Assembly: GCA_963764165.1 (NCBI GenBank) | Contig: CAVXRD010000001.1 | Location: 1,600,001 to 1,664,000, forward strand | Length of the DNA stretch: 64,000 bases | Direction: 5' to 3' | DNA from: an uncultured Verrucomicrobiae bacterium | GTDB taxonomy: Bacteria > Verrucomicrobiota > Verrucomicrobiia > Limisphaerales > Palsa-1400 | Shown here: piece after piece, positions 17,681 to 25,407 of the stretch | How the letters are laid out: each line of letters begins with the position of its first letter | Numbering within the stretch: position 1 is the first letter of the stretch | Notes under the pieces: generated by a model | Databases searched by the model: none | The model's input: only the letters and a program-made list of their open reading frames with translations | Told to the model about the DNA's origin: nothing | Position numbers and translations under genes: made by a program

Positions 17681-17980
17681 TTAATCTAAGTTCGGGCCGA
17701 AACAATTGCCGTCTTCGTCGACAATTTTGCCATCCGGATGAACGGTGACCGGCACAACGTATTCCTCAACTTCTATTGCATCCCCATACTCACGCTCGCC
17801 ATCAAGAAATTGCTGAAGCCGGGTGATCTGGTTATCAATGATTTCCTTTTGAGCCTCCAACTCGGTTGCGAAAACGATGTAACCGTCGCCGTCATTCACG
17901 ACGGGCACCGGGCCTTGGCGAAATGTATTGATGTAAATGCAAAACCCGTCCCGCAGGTTTGTCGAGGCTTGTTCGCTCAT
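17681..17980 (-). CDS. Hypothetical acidic protein (99 aa)
   Basis: Clean ORF with a purine-rich upstream sequence (GGAAGAG), divergent from the XRE gene. Confidence 0.6.
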   Translation of the reverse strand: MSEQASTNLRDGFCIYINTFRQGPVPVVNDGDGYIVFATELEAQKEIIDNQITRLQQFLDGEREYGDAIEVEEYVVPVTVHPDGKIVDEDGNCFGPNLD

Positions 17981-18056
17981 GATTGCTCTTCCTGTTGAAT
18001 CTTCATTGCGCGCCGCAACCTTTTTAACTTGTGGCCTTCAATCTGCAAGAAGTTTG

Positions 18057-18073
18057 TGTTCTATACTAGAACA
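18057..18073. promoter_or_regulatory. Palindromic operator candidate TGTTCTA-TAC-TAGAACA
   Basis: Perfect 7-bp IR in the divergent intergenic region, overlapping a TATACT -10-like hexamer. Confidence 0.5.
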
Positions 18074-18110
18074 ACACTTTCGAAGGTGAACCTGGTAGCC
18101 TGGCGGCTTC

Positions 18111-18350
18111 ATGTCACAAGTCAGCCAGAATCTTGTTGGCGAACGTGTAAAAAAAGCGCGCGGAAGTGCGCAGCCACCGCTCACACAGGACGGACTAGCC
18201 AAGAAATTGGCCAAGCTCGGCATTTCGATTGACCGAGCCGGTGTCGCAAAGATTGAAACGGGTATTCGTGGCGTTCTCGACTTTGAGCTTGTCGCTCTTG
18301 CCAAATCTTTGGGTGTAAAAGTGACGTGGCTGCTGGGCATAAAGGAGTAA
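18111..18350 (+). CDS. XRE-family HTH regulator
   Basis: LVGERVKKAR...LTQDGLA...IDRAGVAKIETG.R....EL.ALAK.LGV. Confidence 0.85.
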   Translation: MSQVSQNLVGERVKKARGSAQPPLTQDGLAKKLAKLGISIDRAGVAKIETGIRGVLDFELVALAKSLGVKVTWLLGIKE

Positions 18351-18353
18351 AAC

Positions 18354-20351
18354 ATGGCTGCCTTCTACCGGGCATTTCTTGTCGATTTTCTCGCCGACTC
18401 TCCCGAAGAAATACTGGGCGCGCTTCTCCGCTCCTATCAGCATAACGAATTGCAGAAGCGGCAGACGAAGGCATGGGAAAAAGAAATTGTCGTTTTGAAA
18501 GGGGCGTGTGCTGAACTGATCCGCCTTGCCCCAATCGCGGCGAATTGGTCGCTGCTCATGGAATATCCAATTCCCCGGCGGCCCAAGCGGCTTGATGCTG
18601 TCTTGCTGGCTGCCGACGTAATCATCTGCCTTGAATTCAAAACGGAGGACAAGGCGCACAGTTTGCAACCTCAACGACAGGTTGAGGACTACGCGCTTGA
18701 TCTTCGCGATTTTCACGAAGCAAGCCGTAATCGGCGCATCGTGCCGGTGGTTGTCGTGCCAAAAGCTCCGCCCTCGACAGATTCCAACGTCCAGATTTCC
18801 ATCGAAGCAGTGCGTGACGTGAAACTGACCAATGCTTCCGATCTCGCACAAACACTTTTGACGGCCTTCAATGCCGAGCATCGTGATGATTCTACGCCGA
18901 TTGACCCGACAGCTTGGGATAAATCTCCGTATCGCCCCGTTCCGACGATCATCGAGGCGGCTGAAGTTTTGTTTGCCGGCCACAATGTCAGCGAGATTGC
19001 CCACTCTTACGCAGGCGCAACCAATCTGACAACTACATCTAACCGACTTGTAGAAATAATTCAGCAAGCGCAGCGACAGTCGGAGAAGGTCATCTGCTTT
19101 GTTACTGGCGTTCCGGGCGCCGGCAAAACACTCGCTGGGCTGAACGTCGTTCACAACCCAGCATTGCGGAGTGAAGGTCGTCCAGCCGGAGTGTTTCTTT
19201 CTGGCAACGGGCCGCTTGTTAAAATTGTTTCCGCTGCAATTACCCGCGACCACCAACGCCGCGTCCGCGAAACAGGTGGCGAGCGCGCGGTGGGTACATT
19301 CATTCAGAATGTTCACGTCTTTGTCCGGGAAGGACAGGAGAAATCCGATAGGCCACCGGTCGAAAGGGTAATCGTGTTTGATGAAGCGCAACGCGCATGG
19401 AACGCAGTTCAAAACCAAAAGAAAAATGGACTGGATGTTTCCGAAGCGGAAACGATGCTTTCAATCATGGATCGCCACCAAGATTGGACAGTTCTAATTG
19501 CGCTCGTAGGCGGCGGCCAAGAAATCCATAACGGCGAAGCCGGTTTAGCTGAATGGGGCAAGACACTGCTGGAAAAATTCCCAGGCTGGAAGATTGCCGT
19601 CTCGCCAATGGCGCTCGAACACGATTCAAGCACCGCCGGTCATCGCCTGTTCGCCGATGGAAATGCTGGCTCGCTTGCAATTCAGAAAGAGCCGTCGCTT
19701 CACTTGAAAGTTAATGAGCGTTCATTCCGCGCCCAAAAGCTTACCGATTGGGTTGAAGCTGCTTTGTCTGGCGAAGCCGCAAAGGCAGCAGCGATTGGTC
19801 CCGACTTACGCGAATTCCCGTTCACGCTCACCCGCTCGCTGCCGACTGCCCGCCAATGGCTGAAAAAACACGCGCGCGGCCAACAACGCGCCGGGCTGGT
19901 TGCAAGTTCGGGCGCGATCCGACTTCGCGCCGACGGGCTTGAATTGTCATCGGGCTTCCGGCAAGGAAATCGCGACATTTATGTGAATTGGTTTTTGAAT
20001 CACCCGCCGGACATTCGTTCCTCAAATCAACTCGAAGTCGCGGCATCCGAATTCGAGTGTCAAGGATTGGAACTCGATTGGGTTGGCCTTTGTTGGGGCG
20101 GAGATCTTTCCTATGACATTACAACCACCGGATGGAGGTTTCGGAATTTTAGCGGTTCACGTTGGGGAAGTCTGAAGAACGAAATTGACCGGAAATATCT
20201 TCTCAACACTTATCGTGTCCTTCTCACCCGCGCTCGACGTGGATTGATTCTCTGGATTCCGAAAGGCGACATTTCGGATGAAACGCGTTTGCCAATTTCA
20301 TTTGATTCCACAGCGGATTATTTGATTCGCTGCGGATTGACCGTCATTTAA
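18354..20351 (+). CDS. DUF2075 (Schlafen group 3-like) helicase with N-terminal PD-(D/E)xK/NERD-like nuclease domain
   Basis: EYPIPRR.KRLDAVL...LEFK; Walker A GVPGAGKT; FDEAQRA; CQGLELDW; NTYRVLLTRARRG. Confidence 0.85.
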   Translation: MAAFYRAFLVDFLADSPEEILGALLRSYQHNELQKRQTKAWEKEIVVLKGACAELIRLAPIAANWSLLMEYPIPRRPKRLDAVLLAADVIICLEFKTEDKAHSLQPQRQVEDYALDLRDFHEASRNRRIVPVVVVPKAPPSTDSNVQISIEAVRDVKLTNASDLAQTLLTAFNAEHRDDSTPIDPTAWDKSPYRPVPTIIEAAEVLFAGHNVSEIAHSYAGATNLTTTSNRLVEIIQQAQRQSEKVICFVTGVPGAGKTLAGLNVVHNPALRSEGRPAGVFLSGNGPLVKIVSAAITRDHQRRVRETGGERAVGTFIQNVHVFVREGQEKSDRPPVERVIVFDEAQRAWNAVQNQKKNGLDVSEAETMLSIMDRHQDWTVLIALVGGGQEIHNGEAGLAEWGKTLLEKFPGWKIAVSPMALEHDSSTAGHRLFADGNAGSLAIQKEPSLHLKVNERSFRAQKLTDWVEAALSGEAAKAAAIGPDLREFPFTLTRSLPTARQWLKKHARGQQRAGLVASSGAIRLRADGLELSSGFRQGNRDIYVNWFLNHPPDIRSSNQLEVAASEFECQGLELDWVGLCWGGDLSYDITTTGWRFRNFSGSRWGSLKNEIDRKYLLNTYRVLLTRARRGLILWIPKGDISDETRLPISFDSTADYLIRCGLTVI

Positions 20352-20464
20352 TTATTAGTCGTGTAATTGTCCGATACATCGGTTTCAAGGATGGCTTCGC
20401 ATTTTGACCCTTGCGCCGGAAATTCCGGGAATTCAAATGCGCCCGGTTCCCTGAATTTGGTCAC
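20348..20464 (-). pseudogene. Probable remnant of a C5 DNA methyltransferase
   Basis: 38-aa ORF (V)TKFREPGAFEFPEFPAQGSKCEAILETDVSDNYT, coupled by GTGA to the XRE gene. It resembles the FR...F.FP....ILE..V...YT stretch after motif VIII of Dcm-like enzymes. Confidence 0.4.
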
Positions 20465-20688
20465 GTGTCCACTCCCCTGCAAAGTTCTGCCGTGGTAAGG
20501 CCCAGTGATTTGGCGAGGCGGGCGACATTCTTGATGCCCAGATTGCGGAGGCCGCGCTCGATATCGCTGATGTAGGTGGGATCAAGGCCTGACTTTTCGG
20601 CGAGTTTCTCCTGTGTGAGCTTGCAGGCTTCGCGGGCCGTGCGCACATTCCCGCCGAACGCGGAAAGGACTTTGTCTTTTTTCGACAT
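20461..20688 (-). CDS. XRE-family HTH, RM controller (C-protein)-like
   Basis: FGGNVR..R....TQEKLAEKSGLDPTYISDIERGLRNL.IKN..RLA..LG; GACT-N3-AGTC-like boxes lie upstream. Confidence 0.85.
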   Translation of the reverse strand: MSKKDKVLSAFGGNVRTAREACKLTQEKLAEKSGLDPTYISDIERGLRNLGIKNVARLAKSLGLTTAELCRGVDT

Positions 20689-20919
20689 GGCTCATAGTCC
20701 ATGCCAAAGCGCACCAACCGTCCATCGACGATGAGTCAAGTTGGCGCGCCTCGGAGCGCGCCATGTCACCAGATAATTCTAATATTTCATTCTGCGGTCT
20801 GAACTCTGAGTCTACTTTACGGAGGCTTGTCGTATCCGGAGCCATCGCGTTTCAGCGTTTTCGCGCATGCGATTCGGGGCCGGTTTTGCCTGAATTGCGG
20901 CATTTGCGGCGTGTTGCGA

Positions 20920-21036
20920 GGTATGATTGAACGTGGGCGAGGATTTCAACATTATTTGGGCGGCGCACAGTACCGCAATTTGGTAGGGCGGACCTGCGTG
21001 TCCGCCCAAATATTTTCCCCGCCTTTAATCACACCC
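20920..21036. repeat. Composite element: outer TGATTGAA/TTAATCACACCC arms enclosing a GTAG-type REP (20982-21007)
   Basis: GGTAGGGCGGACCTGCGTGTCCGCCC hairpin; outer arms are related to those of 28084-28249. Confidence 0.6.
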
Positions 21037-21087
21037 GCTTCGAGGACAGAGGCTTGTTTTTCGGCGGAACGAAGCTATTTTTTTGCG

Positions 21088-21303
21088 ATGAGCAAGATTG
21101 AGGAAATCGAGCGTGCTTTCGAGCAATTGCCTCTGGCAGACTTTGTTGAGCTGGCTGGGTGGGTTGACCAGCGCCGACAGCAACTTGAAATCTTTCCATC
21201 GTCCACCGACAAGAGCCAGGAGACCGATCGTGACCACAGTGCCTTTCTAAACAGCTACGCCCCGCAAGACGAGGGTCTTTACGACGATGCCGCAACCAGG
21301 TGA
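21088..21303 (+). CDS. Small putative antitoxin; its toxin partner is reduced to a 6-codon stub
   Basis: MSKIEEIERA..QL...; acidic tail AFLNSYAPQDEGLYDD. The overlapping ATGCCGCAACCAGGTGAA (MPQPGE, 21287-21304) resembles a PemK/MazF start. Confidence 0.6.
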   Translation: MSKIEEIERAFEQLPLADFVELAGWVDQRRQQLEIFPSSTDKSQETDRDHSAFLNSYAPQDEGLYDDAATR

Positions 21304-21304
21304 A

Positions 21305-21351
21305 CCTTCGGCGGGACGCCGAAGGCGGCGGTCGAGACGACCGCGCTCCCC
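21305..21351. repeat. REP-like double hairpin
   Basis: CCTTCGGCGGGACGCCGAAGG followed by GCGGTCGAGACGACCGC, between convergent genes. Confidence 0.6.
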
Positions 21352-21381
21352 ATTTTCATCTGCACGGATGAGGCTCAGGCC

Positions 21382-23838
21382 TCACGGCGCGAGAATTCCG
21401 CGGTAGAATTGGGTTTGGGCGCCGGCGGAGACTTGGAAGATGGTGTTTTGGTTTGTCAGCGCGGTGGTGCTGATGGTGTTCCAATGGAGCAAATCCCCGG
21501 AAGATTGCAGCGCGACGTTTTGGCCGATTTCTCCGCTTACCTTGATTGAAAACTGGCCGCCCACTTCCGCGCCGGGCGTGAGCCGCAGGGTTGAACTGGC
21601 GGGAAGAATAAATAACGTCACGCTTTGGCCGGGCACGATGGTTTGCAATACACCGCCCGTGTAAGGGACGCTCGCGAGCTGGGTGATGACGTTGGTTGAA
21701 TTGAGCTGCCAGACTTGGGCGGTGCCGGTGCCGATGAAATTGGTGGCGTTGATGATCAGCGGAGCGGTGCCTGTCAAATACTTGCTGACGACCATGATGG
21801 TCAGCGCGGCATCACTGGAGCGCTGGGCGGCGAAGACGGCGACGTTGTCCGGATTCGGGCCGCCGGCCAGCACGCTGGTGTCACCGAAGGCGTGGCGCGC
21901 GCCGTCGTAGTTGCGATACATCTTCATGGCCAGATACGTGGGCGAGCCGGTGGCGGGGGTTGTCCAGCGGGTGGACAGGTCAAGTCCTTCGCGGCCAAAA
22001 ATGCCGAGGATGTCCGCCTGCGCCGTCGCGCCGCTGATGTAGGCTTCCGCGCCCCAGTTGTATTCGGTCACGCCAATTTTCGTTCCCGGATAATTCGTGG
22101 AAACCCAATTCTTCATGCGCGGAATCAATTCAATCACGGAGTTGATCCAGCTTGGATCGACGTAGTTGGAATCCCAAAAGACGCGGGTGGTCTGATTGCG
22201 AAGGAGGGAGGTTGCGCTGGAAACATCCGTCTGGCTCCCAACGTTTCCTTCCTGCGGATAGCAATGCAGCGTGAAATAATCGAGCAAGCGCGTGCCGGAG
22301 TTGGTGTCGTGCTGGTGAATCTGGTTCAGCAGCCACGGCATGTAATCCCAGCCGCCGTTGGTCTTGCGGTCGGGATACTGGCTCGTGTTGTAATTGTTGT
22401 TCTGGCCCGACCATTGCTGGTCGTAGCCGCTGTAAAGGTAGCCGGGCCAGCCCCACTCTTCCGGGCCCAAAACCAGGGCCTGCGGGTCCATGCTTTTGAC
22501 CATCGAAGCGTAGGAAATCATTTTGCCGAAAATTTCCTGCATGGTCGGTCCGACCGGATGGATGTCCTGATGCGTGGAAGACCAGAGGCTGTGCTCGTTG
22601 TCCATGATGTAATACTCCACCCCGCCGTTGGTGGACTTGCCCCACGCATTGGTCAAATGAGCCACGTAGTTCATTTGAAAATTCGTATCCACGGGAATAT
22701 AGGAATCGTTGGGATCGTTCCATGTGATCAGGGTGCTGTTCGTCACGCTGACGCCATTGCCCGCGTTGGTGAAGTAAGGATCGTTTCCGGTCTGCGGGCC
22801 GTATTTGGAAATGGCGTAACTCGGCAGAATGGCCCGCCCCGGCCCCAACTTCGGCCCCCAACTCATCATGGGAACCGTGATCAGGACTTGCGCGCCGGCG
22901 GCTTTGCTGTTGGCTACCATGGAATCGGCGGATTGGCCCGGGGTGGCGGAGGAATCGGGATAGCTTTCGAAGTAATAGTCCGCCCCTTTGCCGTGGGCGT
23001 TAATGGTCCAATTGTAAGTGGATTCTTCGTTGCCGCCCGACCGGTTCATGGTAAAATTCAAATCCGCCAATTGATTGGAAGTCGCGAAAGCCACGCCGTA
23101 AATCAACGGGCTGATGGGATGGCGATTGGCCCCCGCATCGACGCCAATGAAATTGGTCGGGTTCGGCTGCGCGGGCTGAGGCGTCCCTCCGACCAGGGAT
23201 ATGTTATCGATCCAATTTGTCATGGTGAACAGCGGATAGCCGCCGTAAGAATTGATGCCGAAGCAAACCCCCGGCACATTGCCGAATCCGAGGCTTTGAT
23301 TGACAGGCACCGAAAGGTGAACCCATCCTGAAGCCGCGCTGGCCGGAATGGTCACGGTTGCATTCGATTCAAACGCATAGCCGGAGCTAATGAAGCCCAC
23401 AATCAAACTGCCGTAATTCCCCGAAGAACTCAGCGGCGTGCCCGGGGCCACGCGGATGTCAAAAGAGAGATTGGTGTAGGCGGCCGTGTTGGCATCGACG
23501 CTGAAATCATAGGCATTATTGACGTTGCTGGCAAAGGTTCCGAAAAAGACATTCTGCGTGCCACCGGCCAGCGGACTGACCACCTTGAGCGAGCCGGACG
23601 AAGCATTGTTGCTGGCATCCATGGTCGGATCGCACAAGATCGGCTGATTGCCTCCCGGCGAATTGTACCAGTATATCCAAGCGCTGTTGAAGGGCGACGT
23701 CGCCCCGCCATTGGCAAAGGTGAAAGTGAACGTATTGGTAATAATCGTCTGCGCGCGAAGCGGTGAACTCGCGGCCAGACATCCGCAAACGGCCAGCAGC
23801 GCGCAAAGACTCCGCCGAATTCGAGTATTCAAGGACAT
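21382..23838 (-). CDS. Secreted GH44 endoglucanase/xyloglucanase with an N-terminal accessory domain and C-terminal FYR domain
   Basis: Signal peptide ...SPLRA-Q; motifs ISPLIYG, NRSGGN..STYNW, MDNE..LW..TH.D.HP, LHCYPQ, TEYNWG, LGIFGREG. Confidence 0.9.
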   Translation of the reverse strand: MSLNTRIRRSLCALLAVCGCLAASSPLRAQTIITNTFTFTFANGGATSPFNSAWIYWYNSPGGNQPILCDPTMDASNNASSGSLKVVSPLAGGTQNVFFGTFASNVNNAYDFSVDANTAAYTNLSFDIRVAPGTPLSSSGNYGSLIVGFISSGYAFESNATVTIPASAASGWVHLSVPVNQSLGFGNVPGVCFGINSYGGYPLFTMTNWIDNISLVGGTPQPAQPNPTNFIGVDAGANRHPISPLIYGVAFATSNQLADLNFTMNRSGGNEESTYNWTINAHGKGADYYFESYPDSSATPGQSADSMVANSKAAGAQVLITVPMMSWGPKLGPGRAILPSYAISKYGPQTGNDPYFTNAGNGVSVTNSTLITWNDPNDSYIPVDTNFQMNYVAHLTNAWGKSTNGGVEYYIMDNEHSLWSSTHQDIHPVGPTMQEIFGKMISYASMVKSMDPQALVLGPEEWGWPGYLYSGYDQQWSGQNNNYNTSQYPDRKTNGGWDYMPWLLNQIHQHDTNSGTRLLDYFTLHCYPQEGNVGSQTDVSSATSLLRNQTTRVFWDSNYVDPSWINSVIELIPRMKNWVSTNYPGTKIGVTEYNWGAEAYISGATAQADILGIFGREGLDLSTRWTTPATGSPTYLAMKMYRNYDGARHAFGDTSVLAGGPNPDNVAVFAAQRSSDAALTIMVVSKYLTGTAPLIINATNFIGTGTAQVWQLNSTNVITQLASVPYTGGVLQTIVPGQSVTLFILPASSTLRLTPGAEVGGQFSIKVSGEIGQNVALQSSGDLLHWNTISTTALTNQNTIFQVSAGAQTQFYRGILAP

Positions 23839-23887
23839 TCGCCAAAAATGTATCACGCGCCCGCCAAAATGCGAGCCATGCATTCAC

Positions 23888-24157
23888 GTGTGATTGAAAG
23901 TGCGTAATGGACGCAGGTGGAAAGGCGGAGCGCGGCTGTGTCGAAGACCAGCCGCAGCCGCTTCGAAACAAGCGGCGCGTTGGAATGAGTGCCATGACTC
24001 GCCACTCGAAGTTCCCAAGTTTTGATATGTTTATCAATGAGGGCTGCAACAAGATTCGCTTTTTGGTTATTTGAATGTTGCTGCGGCTGGTCTTCGACAC
24101 AGCCGCGCTCCGCTCAAAGCGAATGCGCTTGCTCCTCGCCCGTCTTTAATCGCGCCC
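23888..24157. mobile_element. MITE/REPIN-like composite element, copy 2 (perfect 34-bp inner IR 23925-23958 / 24080-24113)
   Basis: GCGGAGCGCGGCTGTGTCGAAGACCAGCCGCAGC and its exact inverse. The spacer is the reverse-complement homologue of the copy 1 spacer. Confidence 0.85.
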
Positions 24158-24242
24158 CACGCATACTCCAATTTTTATTTCACAGACTTGTTGCTTCAGT
24201 TACATTTAATTGAAAGCCCGTCAAACTGAGGATGGGAATGTC

Positions 24243-25406
24243 ATGCGAGCGCTAAGTATAACCTGGATGATTCTTTGCCTGGCCGGAACTCTCCGCGCGG
24301 AAACAAATCTTGTTGACGTTGCCGCCATTGATCGCGCGCGCATCATGGCGGCTGCGAATGCAGCCCTTTCGGCCCCGCCCATGACCATCACCGCGCAGCG
24401 GGCGAAGCTGAGCCAGGGTGGGTCAAATGATTTCTACTCGAACGCCGATTATTCGTGGCCGGATCCCTCGAAACCGGACGGAATGCCTTACATCAATCGG
24501 GACGGGCTGTCGAATCCGGAGAATTTCTCGGCTCATCGCATGGCCATGCGAAACACGCGCGATGAGGTGGCCGCCTTGGCCGCTGCTTACAAGCTCACTC
24601 GCGAGGATCGTTATGCGGCAAAAGCCGCGACCTTGCTGCAAGTTTTTTTTCTCGATCCAAAAACCCGCATGAACCCCAATCTCCAATACGCACAAGCCAT
24701 TCCGGGCGGCGTCCCGGGGAGAAGCTGGGGCATCATCGACGGATTGCACTTGGTGGAAGTCGCTCGCGCGGTGGAGGTCATTGAAGCATCGCCCGCATTT
24801 CCCCCGCAAACCGCGGCGGGATTGAAAGATTGGTTTCGCGATTTAACCGAATGGATGCTCACGAGTCGAAATGGAAAAGCGGAAGGCGCCGCGAAGAACA
24901 ACCATTCCGTGGCTTATTATTTGCAGATTGCGAGCTTCGCGCATTTTACCGGCGACGACAAAGCTCTCGCTTTATGCCGCCGGCAATTCAAGGAGGTTTT
25001 CGTCCCAAACCAAATGGCGCCCGACGGCAGCTTTACTTTGGAACTGAAGCGAACCAAGCCCTACGGCTATTCGATTTTCCAATTGGACAACATGGCGGCG
25101 CTTTGCCAAATCCTTTCCACCAAGGACGACAACCTTTGGGAATTCCAGTTGGCGGATGGACGCGGCATTCGGCGGGCCATGGAATTTCTGCATCCTTATC
25201 TGGCCGACAAAACGACGTGGCCGCACGCGCCCGATGTGCAAGCGTGGAACAGTTGGCCCGCGCGCCAGCCGAGCCTTCTCTTCGCCGGGATCGCTTTCAA
25301 AGAAACCAAGTATCTCGACCTCTGGCGCAAGCTTCCCGCCGATCCTGTGGACGAGGAAGTCCGGCGCAACATCGCCATCACGCAGCCCATTTTGTGGGTT
25401 CAATAA
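24243..25406 (+). CDS. Alginate-lyase-family polysaccharide lyase
   Basis: Signal peptide; DFYS.ADY.WPDP...PY..RDG..NP, TRMNPNL.YAQ, GIID, NNH, ELKRTKPY.YS.F.L. Confidence 0.85.
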   Translation: MRALSITWMILCLAGTLRAETNLVDVAAIDRARIMAAANAALSAPPMTITAQRAKLSQGGSNDFYSNADYSWPDPSKPDGMPYINRDGLSNPENFSAHRMAMRNTRDEVAALAAAYKLTREDRYAAKAATLLQVFFLDPKTRMNPNLQYAQAIPGGVPGRSWGIIDGLHLVEVARAVEVIEASPAFPPQTAAGLKDWFRDLTEWMLTSRNGKAEGAAKNNHSVAYYLQIASFAHFTGDDKALALCRRQFKEVFVPNQMAPDGSFTLELKRTKPYGYSIFQLDNMAALCQILSTKDDNLWEFQLADGRGIRRAMEFLHPYLADKTTWPHAPDVQAWNSWPARQPSLLFAGIAFKETKYLDLWRKLPADPVDEEVRRNIAITQPILWVQ

Positions 25407-25407
25407 A

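Noticed and set aside
20827..21087. 158-aa ORF start for the small antitoxin
   Set aside because: The upstream part runs through a REP-containing repeat; the protein-like sequence begins at MSKIEEIE (21088).
15300..21351. Integron or prophage explanation for the accessory island
   Set aside because: No integrase, no convincing attC sites (RYYYAAC...GTTRRRY) and no phage genes; gene orientations are mixed.
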